Shown: one piece after another, positions 20,389-29,535 of the stretch
Position numbering within the stretch: position 1 is the first letter of the stretch
Layout of the letters: each line of letters starts with the position of its first letter
Virus record (IMG/VR): IMGVR_UViG_3300012157_000001
Coordinates: 115,402-179,401 of that record
Reading direction: 5' to 3' (one strand)
DNA length: 64,000 nucleotides
Source of the DNA: a virus
Lineage: Duplodnaviria; Caudoviricetes
Position numbers and translations under genes: made by a program
The notes under the pieces: model-generated
What the model was told of the DNA's origin: nothing
Database searches by the model: none
What the model saw: only the letters and a program-made list of their open reading frames with translations

Positions 20389-20763
20389 TCAGTCGAGCCC
20401 GAGCCGGCGAAACAGCCGAATCACGCCCGGGTGTAGCGGCGCAGGAAGCCTTTGCACGGCAAACCAGCCCGCCGCCGTGTGCTCCGGATTCAGGCGCACC
20501 CGAAATTCGGTCGGTACGTGGCCACCGAAGGTCCAGTAGACGAGCCCGGTCGGGTTTCGGGTGACGTCAATCGACGCTCGTTCGAGATTCACGTGGCCGC
20601 GATATCCCGTCTCCTCGGCGAGCTCCCGCAGTGCCGCGTACGGCGGTCCAGCATCGGTGTGTTCGACATGACCTCCTGGCAGCGCCCATGTGCCGTCGTC
20701 CGAACGCCGGAGCAGCAGAACGCGACCGGTTGGCGCGACGAGTAGAATGCCAGCGGCGTTCAC
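20389..20763 (-). CDS. NUDIX hydrolase
   Basis: WALPGGHVE...AALRELAEETG Nudix box. Confidence 0.92.
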   Translation of the reverse strand: MNAAGILLVAPTGRVLLLRRSDDGTWALPGGHVEHTDAGPPYAALRELAEETGYRGHVNLERASIDVTRNPTGLVYWTFGGHVPTEFRVRLNPEHTAAGWFAVQRLPAPLHPGVIRLFRRLGLD

Positions 20764-20785
20764 TCGCTCAGGTTATCACGGACCG

Positions 20786-21100
20786 TCAGTCTTCGTCTTC
20801 TCCGCTCGACTCGTCTTCGGCCTCGGACTCACCGTCACCGTCGCTTGGCGACGTCTCACCCATCAGCCGATCGAGCTCGGCGAGCTCCGCTGCGGTAGGC
20901 GTGCGCGACGTGACGATGTACGTGTCCGCCCCTTGAAACTCTCGCACGCAAATTCGGTATTCGGTATCGGGTTCGAGCGACTCCAACGCTTCCGTGATGT
21001 CTCCGGGCGGCTCATCGCAGCCGATGAGCAATGGGGCTCCGTCCGGTCCACCCAGTGAGCGTTCGAGCTCCTTCAGCCTTTTCATCGCGTCGTCGGACAT
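20786..21100 (-). CDS. acidic hypothetical protein
   Basis: ORF in minus-strand run. Confidence 0.55.
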   Translation of the reverse strand: MSDDAMKRLKELERSLGGPDGAPLLIGCDEPPGDITEALESLEPDTEYRICVREFQGADTYIVTSRTPTAAELAELDRLMGETSPSDGDGESEAEDESSGEDED

Positions 21101-21142
21101 GGTTGCGGATGCTACCGCTGCTGTCGTGCCAGGAGCAAGACT

Positions 21143-21340
21143 TCACTCCACGCAGGCAAATACGCCGTCGAACGTGAACTTGTCCGCGGCGCACTTTGGA
21201 CATTCGCCCTGATGGGGCCAGGCCCAGTGTCGGCACGCCTTGCGTCCGGCTAGTGCATCGACCGCTGCCTCTCCGTCGCTGTAAGGCTTCAGGTCATCAG
21301 GCCTCTTCAGCGCTTCGCGCGCGTCACGCGGCAGCCCCAT
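21143..21340 (-). CDS. small Cys/His (Zn-binding-like) protein
   Basis: EAAVDAL.G...CRH..WPH..G.CP.CA shared with next ORF. Confidence 0.65.
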   Translation of the reverse strand: MGLPRDAREALKRPDDLKPYSDGEAAVDALAGRKACRHWAWPHQGECPKCAADKFTFDGVFACVE

Positions 21341-21660
21341 CAGGGCTCCGAGCCAAAGATCTGCTTACATACCTTCACGGCGGCTTCACCGGCGCAAAGC
21401 GGGCAGATACCACCCTCGTGGGGCCACCGCCCGTGTCGGCACGGCTCCTTACCCGAGAGGGCGTCCACCGCCGCCTCCTGCTCGTCGTATGGTTTCTCGG
21501 GAGTGAAGGCTCGAACGATGGCATCGAGCACCGAACGCCTTGCCGGGGTTTTGCGTATGATGCGTCGTTGCCGCGGGCGCGACCGCCGCTTCGACGAAGC
21601 ACTGTGCTTGACCTGACGCTTCCGGCGCTTCTTTGATGGCGAGACCGTCGCTCTCATCAT
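21340..21660 (-). CDS. basic protein with Cys/His motif
   Basis: Arg/Lys-rich N-terminus plus the same motif as 21143-21340. Confidence 0.65.
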   Translation of the reverse strand: MMRATVSPSKKRRKRQVKHSASSKRRSRPRQRRIIRKTPARRSVLDAIVRAFTPEKPYDEQEAAVDALSGKEPCRHGRWPHEGGICPLCAGEAAVKVCKQIFGSEP

Positions 21661-22187
21661 CGGAGCCCCTGCGGCCTAGCCTTGCCGCGGTCGAACGTCT
21701 GGAGCTTGCACGGCCCACCGTACCCGATGCGCCGACCCGTGACACGCTCTGCGATGGCGTCCGCCATGTACTCGATGACGTCGTCGTCGCGCTTCTCCCA
21801 GTCCTTGAGCCACGTGATCCAGCGGTCGTCGTTTTCGAGCCCGTTGCGCTGGCGCCGCACTGCCGACCGGTTTTCCCCGAGCACGAATTCCCCCGGGTAC
21901 AGGAAGTCCGTCGCGTGCCCGAACTCGTGCGCGATGATCGCGGCCGTCGTCGGCTCCGGTAGCTCGACCATCTCGGGCGCCAGCATGATGACGGTGCCGT
22001 CTTCCCGTGCACCCGCGAAGTGCCGCGGGGAATCGTGCATCGCGGGCGCGACGTACAGCCGGACACGCTTTGTCTCCGCGAGGCCCGCTTCCACGAATCG
22101 CTCTTGCATCGCGATGAAGTACGGCTCCAGGATGGCGAACGCCTCGTCGAGCGTCACCGTCGTGGTCGTGTCGGCGCACGTGCTCAT
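21657..22187 (-). CDS. HExxH metallopeptidase-like protein
   Basis: IIAHEFGHATD...EYMAD. Confidence 0.65.
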   Translation of the reverse strand: MSTCADTTTTVTLDEAFAILEPYFIAMQERFVEAGLAETKRVRLYVAPAMHDSPRHFAGAREDGTVIMLAPEMVELPEPTTAAIIAHEFGHATDFLYPGEFVLGENRSAVRRQRNGLENDDRWITWLKDWEKRDDDVIEYMADAIAERVTGRRIGYGGPCKLQTFDRGKARPQGLR

Positions 22188-22205
22188 GCGCTCGATGCCT
22201 GGCGG

Positions 22206-22646
22206 CTACCTCGCGTACTGTCCGGCTCGCTGACGGAGCTGGGTGATCGCGTTCTGGACGTACGCCGCTGGCACGTGCCCAGCTTGCTGTCCGGCACGCA
22301 GATGACGGGACGCTTCGTCCGGCGTGAGCATGATGAGCGTATCGCGACGGCCGCACTGACAGCACCCGACGTTCGGGTGAAGCGCGCCGTGACGTGCAGA
22401 GTATGCCCACGGCCCACTGCCGGTCTGCGCATTGCCCGGCGGCGGCTGACCCTGCGACACGAAGATGAGCTCGTCCCAGGAGACTTCGATGTACTGGCGC
22501 TGACCGCACGTGTCGCAGCAAATCTCGAAGCGCGTGCAGTGCGGCTGGTAGCTCGATCGCGTGGCGTAGTGATCGTCCGCGCCGGCTCCGCCGAGTGCAC
22601 CGGTTCCAAACTGGGACAGGTCGATGTCGCTGAAGTCGTCAGCCAT
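22206..22646 (-). CDS. Zn-finger hypothetical protein
   Basis: CDTC...CCQC; AAGGA RBS. Confidence 0.6.
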   Translation of the reverse strand: MADDFSDIDLSQFGTGALGGAGADDHYATRSSYQPHCTRFEICCDTCGQRQYIEVSWDELIFVSQGQPPPGNAQTGSGPWAYSARHGALHPNVGCCQCGRRDTLIMLTPDEASRHLRAGQQAGHVPAAYVQNAITQLRQRAGQYAR

Positions 22647-22928
22647 GGTCCTGGGTATTCCTTTCGTCGCTCGGTCCCGGAGGATAGCCCAGGAGCACCC
22701 TGTTCGCCTACTTTTCGAGAACCAGGCTGCCAGAGCCGCCACCGGCAGCGGGGGGAGCGGACAGTTTCGTGGCCTTCCGTAGCGCCCGGATCATCTTATC
22801 AAGCGCGCCGTTGGCCTCCTGCTCGACCTCGACCTGCGACTGCATTGCCCGGATGACCTTTGCCTTGATCGGCGCTCCTGAGGCCGAGCGCGTTGGCGTC
22901 GAGGCCGGCGGTGTCGACAGCGAAAACG

Positions 22929-23270
22929 TCACCTGCTTCCTTGGCCTCGGTACCATGCTTCAATTGCTCCGGTTGCGTGGCCGACTTTCTCCGTGAGCGC
23001 CGTGACTGCGGCGCTCGTGTGAGAAGTATAGGTCGAGAATTCTTCGTCGGATACCGAGCGCGCGACCCGCTCTTCGAGGCGCTTTTGCGTGTCCTTGATC
23101 TCCGCGACATCCTTCTGGATGTCGTCGAGCCGCTGTCGCAGGAGCGCGAGGCTCTCGTCCTCGGCGATGCCCTTTTTGATCTTCCCTGGCACCTTCGCGT
23201 AGCCCGCAAACCCGGCGACCGCTCCGGCTGCCGCGGCGCCGAGCAGCTTTGCAATTTCTTCGATCGCCAT
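22929..23270 (-). CDS. membrane-anchored coiled-coil protein
   Basis: hydrophobic N-terminus followed by heptads. Confidence 0.65.
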   Translation of the reverse strand: MAIEEIAKLLGAAAAGAVAGFAGYAKVPGKIKKGIAEDESLALLRQRLDDIQKDVAEIKDTQKRLEERVARSVSDEEFSTYTSHTSAAVTALTEKVGHATGAIEAWYRGQGSR

Positions 23271-23286
23271 AGTTTCGGAGCATCAC

Positions 23287-24234
23287 TCAGCTTGGGTTCG
23301 ATCCAGCAAACACATAGATCCCCAAGTCGGGGAACGGCTTGTGGCTCGACCCCTCGGAGCCCGGGAATGCGGCAGTGCCATACAGGTTCGAGAATTCAAA
23401 ATCGTCCGTGCTGAAGTCCCACAGCAGATGCCCATCGAGAACGTTATTCCGGAAGGCTAGAATGATCAGCTCGTCGCCCTTTGCTACCGTGAAGTATGGC
23501 CTGAACAGGGCCGTCGGCGCTGAGTTCGAGATCCTCGGATCAATGATGCCCTGCTGGAGGAAGCCGAGCGGCGTTACGCTCGTGCCTGGCGGCGTAGGAA
23601 ATCCAGGAAACCCACCATTGAAATTGGGCGCGGCATTGGGCGGCAGCAGCGGCAGCCCTGATGTCGGAGGGAGCACCTCCAACAGATCACTCGGAACCGC
23701 GACTAGCTCCGTTCGCAGGTTGCCTCTGCCTGGTCCGGGCGTCGTATCGGCCGGCGGCGTTCCTGGGGTCGGCTCCGGCTGTTGATAAAGAACGGTTTCC
23801 GTAGCCGCCGGCAGCACGAACTGGTTCTCTGGATCTGTAGAAGTGCCAGCAAGGAACGAGTCCGGCGCGCCGAACGATTCTTTGGACAGGTGGTACGGCT
23901 TCTGTCGCCTTTGAAAGTCTCCGACGTTCCGGAGGCGCCAGACGAGCTCGTACTTGTAGTCGAGTATCGGCGGAGACCCCTCCTGGCTGGTGTCGCGACC
24001 AACCACCGCTGGAAACCAAAGCTGCATCTTTGCTCCCATCGGCACCTGTAGGCCCTTCAGCAGGTACGGAGAGAAGCCCGGCTTGCCGGCATCCTCGTCG
24101 AGCACTCCAGGAAAAGCGATCGGGGTGAATATCGTTTGGCCCTGATAAACGAATTCGAACCCATCGAAGGGTCGCAGCACCGCAGCAAGGGTGAACTGCG
24201 CATCGGCAAGTACGTTCATGCTGGTCACTGTCAC
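23287..24234 (-). CDS. hypothetical protein, possibly structural
   Basis: 315-aa Pro/Phe-rich ORF, GTGA-coupled. Confidence 0.7.
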   Translation of the reverse strand: MTVTSMNVLADAQFTLAAVLRPFDGFEFVYQGQTIFTPIAFPGVLDEDAGKPGFSPYLLKGLQVPMGAKMQLWFPAVVGRDTSQEGSPPILDYKYELVWRLRNVGDFQRRQKPYHLSKESFGAPDSFLAGTSTDPENQFVLPAATETVLYQQPEPTPGTPPADTTPGPGRGNLRTELVAVPSDLLEVLPPTSGLPLLPPNAAPNFNGGFPGFPTPPGTSVTPLGFLQQGIIDPRISNSAPTALFRPYFTVAKGDELIILAFRNNVLDGHLLWDFSTDDFEFSNLYGTAAFPGSEGSSHKPFPDLGIYVFAGSNPS

Positions 24235-24683
24235 TCTCCCGTTCGTTTTTCGTAAACGCGGTAACCGAGGTAGCCGCCGAGCAGTGCACCGAAAAGCGCG
24301 AGCGCTGCACTTGTGCCGGCCTCCTGCCGCACGACCGCGTCAGGATTGCGCCAATCCCTCGTCGCCCGCAACGTGTTTCGGGCGGCTCCGACGAGCAGCA
24401 GACCGGAGCCTGCGCCGATCGGTCCGCCGATCCAGAATCCGACGCCCGTACCCGTCACCGCGAGCAGCAGGCCTATCCCCGCGCCGCGGCGCGCGGCTTG
24501 ATACTGCTGCTCCGGCGGTACGACCCCTCCGTGCTCGGTCAGTCCCGGAAGCGGCGGCGTCACCGGCAGCATCGTCGGCGCATTCATCATCGCCGACGGC
24601 GCGTGTGACCCTGAATCGGCGTCGGTGCCGTAGGCCGTCAGCGGGGAAGGCGCGGGTGCGTCCATGCCGTGCCCGGTCAGCAT
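24231..24683 (-). CDS. membrane protein
   Basis: three hydrophobic segments. Confidence 0.65.
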   Translation of the reverse strand: MLTGHGMDAPAPSPLTAYGTDADSGSHAPSAMMNAPTMLPVTPPLPGLTEHGGVVPPEQQYQAARRGAGIGLLLAVTGTGVGFWIGGPIGAGSGLLLVGAARNTLRATRDWRNPDAVVRQEAGTSAALALFGALLGGYLGYRVYEKRTGE

Positions 24684-24719
24684 ACCGAACCGGTCCGACT
24701 TCGGAAAGTTTCGTGCCTG

Positions 24720-25115
24720 TTAGGCACGCGGAACCGACGGATCAACGGGCGTCGGTGGTTCCGGTTTTGGTCCCCGATCCGGCGTTGGGGGTACTTTCAT
24801 GAGCCCGGGAAGGGCCACATCTTTGCCGTCACGTATGGCCCCCACGATCGTTTCATGGCCTGCGATAGCGACGAAGCCGGACACGACGCCGCCGAGGATC
24901 GCATCACGCCAAGGCGTGCCCGTCGAGGCCGCCTGCAGAACACCGCTCGCGATACCGAGCCCAATTGCGAGCAGTGGACGCCAGCGAGCTGGGACTGCGA
25001 ACGGAGGAAACCGCGAGTCGGCCTTCATGAGCCGTACGAGCAGCCCAATAATCAGCGCGGCGAGTCCTACCCACTCATGCTTCGCGATCAAGTCGAGGAA
25101 CGGTTTCGGATCCAT
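24720..25115 (-). CDS. holin-like membrane protein
   Basis: three TM helices, 131 aa, conserved upstream promoter motif. Confidence 0.55.
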   Translation of the reverse strand: MDPKPFLDLIAKHEWVGLAALIIGLLVRLMKADSRFPPFAVPARWRPLLAIGLGIASGVLQAASTGTPWRDAILGGVVSGFVAIAGHETIVGAIRDGKDVALPGLMKVPPTPDRGPKPEPPTPVDPSVPRA

Positions 25116-25396
25116 CCCCCCAACGTACCGAAAGTGCTAGCCGGTCAGCAACTTTTCGGTCTCGTACCGCACGTGCTTCCGGATCACCGCGACGATGCGT
25201 TGCATCATGGATCGTTCTTGCTCGGCCGCTCCGGCCGCATCGCACAGAACGCGCACGCCGGATCGTCGCAGTCCGACTCCAGCCATCGGTCGCAGTCGAT
25301 GCAGGCGTAGGCGTCGTAGCGCTCGATCAAGAGCCCCGGGCCGTGCTCTGGACAGCTCGGATGACGCTTCGGGTGAGTCGACTTCTGCAACGGGGC

Positions 25397-26293
25397 TTAC
25401 TCGCGCACTAGCACGGACACTCCGACCTTGCCCTCCGCGTGGCGCTCGACGACGAGCGCGAACAGACGCCCGTCGACCGACTCTCGGCGCTCGTAGCCCG
25501 GAACGACGTCGGGCCGCCTGCCGATCTCGGCGACGATGCCGTCGGCTGCCGTCTTGATCGGATGTGGCACTTCATTGGGTGCCGCTCGCCGGAAGCCAGG
25601 GTGCTCTTTCTTCTCGTGATCGGGCCGCGAGGCCATCATGCGGACCCACCGATCCGCGCGCTCCCAGGAACGCTCTGCCGGCGTACACTTGCCGCCGCTA
25701 CCGTAGCTCGCGAGCATCCAAGCAACACGCCGACGGTCCGCACGCTGTCCAAAGTACACGCCGCACTGCTTCGCCTGAGCGACGACGACGCGCAGTCCGT
25801 ATTGCGCGCAGAGGTGGACCGCGTCCTTGCCCTCCCCGACAAGCTTCTCCCAGACTTCCGGCGGTACGATACCAGAGGCATGCAGCTGCATGCCACACCG
25901 CGCGAGGCCGTGGTCCTGATTCCAGATCGGGTGCTCTTCGCCCGCCTGAATGCGACGATCGAATAACGTCTCGCCCTGCCAAATCACTCCGCCCGCGGCG
26001 GCGAGCTCGGTCAGCGACCAGCCCTTACCGTCGGCGAACTGTCGAGCTTCATGCACCAGCGCGACCGAGATCTCTTGTACCCTAGCCTCGAATTCTTCCC
26101 GTGTTTCGCCCGGCGCTCGGGACTTCGGCAGCTTGAGCAGCTCAGTCGTGAGCCACTCGGACACGACGCGATCGGAAATCGCGTGGGCGTCCCCCGGACT
26201 CAAGACGGCGACAAGCAGAACTGCGGCGACTGCCGCGACCCTCGTGTTCAAGCGAGCGCCCCCATACGCTCGCACCCAGTGTGCGATGAACAT
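25397..26293 (-). CDS. secreted hypothetical protein (possibly lysozyme-like)
   Basis: signal peptide ending AHA; ET.F...DHG.ARCGMQ is reminiscent of lysozyme-like folds. Confidence 0.55.
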   Translation of the reverse strand: MFIAHWVRAYGGARLNTRVAAVAAVLLVAVLSPGDAHAISDRVVSEWLTTELLKLPKSRAPGETREEFEARVQEISVALVHEARQFADGKGWSLTELAAAGGVIWQGETLFDRRIQAGEEHPIWNQDHGLARCGMQLHASGIVPPEVWEKLVGEGKDAVHLCAQYGLRVVVAQAKQCGVYFGQRADRRRVAWMLASYGSGGKCTPAERSWERADRWVRMMASRPDHEKKEHPGFRRAAPNEVPHPIKTAADGIVAEIGRRPDVVPGYERRESVDGRLFALVVERHAEGKVGVSVLVRE

Positions 26294-26303
26294 GTGGCGG
26301 ACC

Positions 26304-26600
26304 CTACCGAGGGGCCGCCGGTCCGTCAACTTCTCCGACGTACTCGAACCGTTGCGCGTACTTCGGTTCGAACGGCAGGTTTCGGGAATCGAGCATGCCA
26401 CGATTCAGATTCACTTCGTCGAGCCATCCGTCCGGATCGCCTGGCGTTCCTCGCATGGGTCGTACCGTGACGCCGCCCTGTTCGTGGCACACGTACACGA
26501 CCTGTTTCGCGCGTGTCTCGTGGTGCTCCGCAACGAACAGCACGGTGTACAAACCGCCCTTGTAGTGACGATACTGTCCTGGCCTTACTTCTTCCTTCAC
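26304..26600 (-). CDS. DUF1653 domain protein
   Basis: GQYRHYKGGLYTV..VAEHHET...VVY...VRP...RF. Confidence 0.85.
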   Translation of the reverse strand: MKEEVRPGQYRHYKGGLYTVLFVAEHHETRAKQVVYVCHEQGGVTVRPMRGTPGDPDGWLDEVNLNRGMLDSRNLPFEPKYAQRFEYVGEVDGPAAPR

Positions 26601-26608
26601 TTGCGCTC

Positions 26609-29266
26609 CTAACCGACGTCCGGAGTTGCCCAGTCGAACAGCGCCGGATCCAACTCAACCTCCGGGTTCGCCTGCATGCTCTCCGTCAGCTGTGCGAACA
26701 TGTCACGCACCACGACATCCTGCGCCTCGTCCTCGTCCAGATCGGTACCGTCGATGACCTCCGCAGCAGTTGCAGTTTTTTCAGCTAGCAACGCGGCGAG
26801 CTTGTCATCGATCGTGTTCGCGCCGTCGTAGTACGTGATCACGCATTGGTTCTTCTGGCCGTAGCGGTGAATCCGGTCCTCGGCTTGCACCAGATCGAAT
26901 GGGCGCCACACGCGCTCGAAGATGAACATGTCCTGCGCTCGCGTCAGCGTCAGCCCGACCCCTGCTGCTGTGATCGAGCACACGAGCGCGTCGAGATACT
27001 TCCGCTTCTCCGGCGGTCGGTTGAGGGGCAATCCGCTCTGGAATTCATCGATCGCTTTTTCGCGCGCGCGGCCCGTCACCTTGCCGGTGATCATGCCGAT
27101 GCGGAAACCGAGGTGCTCTAGCCCGGCTTCGATTGCGCTCAGCGCTTCGTCGTGATGCCCCATGATGATCAGCGGCCTGCCAGTGTCACGCAGGAACGCC
27201 GCCGACTCCGCGAGCACCGTATCGACCTTGCCGATTCCGGTGATCCGCCGCAGCGCCGTCAGCCGCGCAATGACCTCGGCTCTTGCGGCACGCATTGCTG
27301 CCGCTGGTCCGCCACGCCGACGTACCCATGCCAAAAACTCTGCCGCTGCTTGCCGATATTCGGTGGCGGCTTCCTCGGAGAGACCAATGGATCGGTACTC
27401 GCGAACCTTCTCGGGCAGGTTCAGAACTTCCTTGGTCCGTCGGAAGAGGTAATGCCCGCTCGTGCGCTCGCGAAGCTCACCGAGGTTCGCGTGGCCATGC
27501 ACGTTCAACATTGTTTTGCCGCCGGGGATGTGCACCTCCTGCGGATCGCAGTAGCGCCACCAGTACTCTTCCTGATTTGCCCAATCCTTCGGGGCCACCA
27601 TGTTGAGAAGCGGGAATAGCTCGTACGGGCGCCCGTTGATCATCGGCGTGCCGGTCAAAAAGAACCGCCGCGGGATGATTTGCGAGAGCCGGTAGAGCGC
27701 CGCTGCTCGCTTCGGATCTTTCCCGGGATAGTGGCCGCCTTTTTCGTTCTCATAGACGCGGAGCTCCTTCACTGCCTGCGCCTCGTCCACGATGAGCGTG
27801 GCAAACCGACGGCGCTTCAGCTTGTCGAGCACCTCCGCATCCGACGCGGCCTCGTATCCGATGATGACACAGCTCGCCTTCAGCGCCTCGTCGGTTAGCT
27901 CGGCCGCCTTTTCTATTTTCGCGACGACCAGGTCGGGGCGCCACTTCATCGCTTCGCGCCGCCAGTTCTCACGGAGAGACGCGGGCACGACCACCAGCAC
28001 GGGCGCATCCATCGCCGCGAGCGCGGTCGGCGTCTTGCCGGTGCCCTGCTCCATGGCGAGGACGCCGCTGCCCTTGTCGTTGAGCCAGAGGACTCCTTCT
28101 CGCTGCCACGGCTGCAGACCCTCTGGAATGTCGCGTTTCGCCGCGGCCGGCGCCACACGCTCGCCTGTCGCCTCCTCGATTGCCTCTTTCTCCGCCTCGG
28201 TCGGTAGCTTCAGCTTCACCTCTTTGAGGCCGCAGAACCCGGCGTTGTACTTCTTGAAGAAGAGATAACCGAAACGCTCCATGCTGAGCTCGGCATCTTG
28301 GAGCGTCATCAAGCCGATCCACTGGCCCTTTGCGTTCGTTCCCGTGCGCGCGACGACCATGCGGCGACCGTCGTGGAGCTCAATCCGGTCACCTTCCTTG
28401 ACCTGAATGGCCGCCGCGGGCGCTGGTTCGTCCACGGTGGTGGGCGCGCCCGCCGCCTGTCCCTCTGGCGCGGGGACGGGGAGCGCCGTGTGCGGCACCA
28501 TGAACGTCTCGCCGCTCGGCATAACGCCCAGGGTGCCGGCCAGCGTGTCCACGAGCGAATTCAAGACGAGCAGCCACTGCCGCTCCGTCGCTGGGAATAC
28601 GTCGTGCCACTTGCCGCGCCCGTCCTTGTACGTGATCACGCCCGCGGCCTTCATCGCGTTCTTCGTCTGCCGCCACGTGTCGCCCTGAATGAACGGCAGC
28701 ATGACCTCCCAACCCGCCTGACCCGTGCGCGACGGCTCGCCCTCCCGCACGACGATGCCCTTGGGCTTCCCGTGCTCGATCGCGTTGCCCTCTTCGTCGT
28801 ACTTCCACCCCTCGATGAACACGCGCTGCAGCGCATGCGCAGTACCGGCATAGCCGAGCGCGGTCGCGAGCTCCATCGCGCTGCCGATGTAGTGGCTAGC
28901 GTCGGACTGCTGGCGCTCCCAGGCGCTGCCGGCGGCATGTATCGCTGCGCTCACCGCAGCGCGCGAATCCATCATACCGCCCTTCGCCTCAATCGATTCG
29001 CGCATCGGCTGCGGCGCCGTCTCGATTGCGGCCTCGTACGCCGCCCGATCGGGACTCGCCGTCTCCGCAAACATCTTGTGCTTCTCGGCGCAGTACGGGC
29101 CGACGCCTCGCTCGATGCTCGCCGGGTCGCGAAGCGGGCGGCCGCAGATGAGGCACGACTTCGCGAGCATGAGCGTGCCTGCTTCGTGCTCGTAACCGTT
29201 CCATGCGTAGTGAGTCGGCCCTTCGTCCTCGGGCTCGTAGTCGTACGGCTGCATGACCTGGGCCAT
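26609..29266 (-). CDS. SNF2-family helicase (HARP-like) with N-terminal DUF6011-like Zn domain
   Basis: CLICGRPLRDPASIERGVGPYC; MEQGTGKT, VDEAQ, LTGTP, GVGLTL, QAEDRIHRYGQ. Confidence 0.9.
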   Translation of the reverse strand: MAQVMQPYDYEPEDEGPTHYAWNGYEHEAGTLMLAKSCLICGRPLRDPASIERGVGPYCAEKHKMFAETASPDRAAYEAAIETAPQPMRESIEAKGGMMDSRAAVSAAIHAAGSAWERQQSDASHYIGSAMELATALGYAGTAHALQRVFIEGWKYDEEGNAIEHGKPKGIVVREGEPSRTGQAGWEVMLPFIQGDTWRQTKNAMKAAGVITYKDGRGKWHDVFPATERQWLLVLNSLVDTLAGTLGVMPSGETFMVPHTALPVPAPEGQAAGAPTTVDEPAPAAAIQVKEGDRIELHDGRRMVVARTGTNAKGQWIGLMTLQDAELSMERFGYLFFKKYNAGFCGLKEVKLKLPTEAEKEAIEEATGERVAPAAAKRDIPEGLQPWQREGVLWLNDKGSGVLAMEQGTGKTPTALAAMDAPVLVVVPASLRENWRREAMKWRPDLVVAKIEKAAELTDEALKASCVIIGYEAASDAEVLDKLKRRRFATLIVDEAQAVKELRVYENEKGGHYPGKDPKRAAALYRLSQIIPRRFFLTGTPMINGRPYELFPLLNMVAPKDWANQEEYWWRYCDPQEVHIPGGKTMLNVHGHANLGELRERTSGHYLFRRTKEVLNLPEKVREYRSIGLSEEAATEYRQAAAEFLAWVRRRGGPAAAMRAARAEVIARLTALRRITGIGKVDTVLAESAAFLRDTGRPLIIMGHHDEALSAIEAGLEHLGFRIGMITGKVTGRAREKAIDEFQSGLPLNRPPEKRKYLDALVCSITAAGVGLTLTRAQDMFIFERVWRPFDLVQAEDRIHRYGQKNQCVITYYDGANTIDDKLAALLAEKTATAAEVIDGTDLDEDEAQDVVVRDMFAQLTESMQANPEVELDPALFDWATPDVG

Positions 29267-29277
29267 CCCTCCCGGAT

Positions 29278-29460
29278 CTATCCGGTGCTGTCAGTGCTGT
29301 CAAGACGGGCGCGCTGCCGCAGGCACCAGCGGGCGAGCTCGACGTTGTGGAACTCGACCGCCTCGTGTTGCATTCGGATGAGCTCCCGCAGGTATTCACG
29401 CCGAAAAACCGGGTCGGTCAGTTGTTCTTCGACCCATGGTTCGCGGCGAGTGGTGGACAC
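29278..29460 (-). CDS. small hypothetical protein
   Basis: EEQLTDPVFRREY resembles N-termini of HTH antitoxin-like proteins; promoter motif upstream. Confidence 0.45.
   Translation of the reverse strand: MSTTRREPWVEEQLTDPVFRREYLRELIRMQHEAVEFHNVELARWCLRQRARLDSTDSTG
29285..29304 (-). promoter_or_regulatory. TTGACA -35 box with 9-bp direct repeat, upstream of the SNF2 gene
   Basis: CTTGACAGCACTGACAGCAC on the minus strand. Confidence 0.65.
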
Positions 29461-29535
29461 AACACGCCGAGCGTACAGTGCGGCTGGACGCGCGCGCCAG
29501 TTTTACGTGCCGCGCGCGCATTCGATGCACATATC

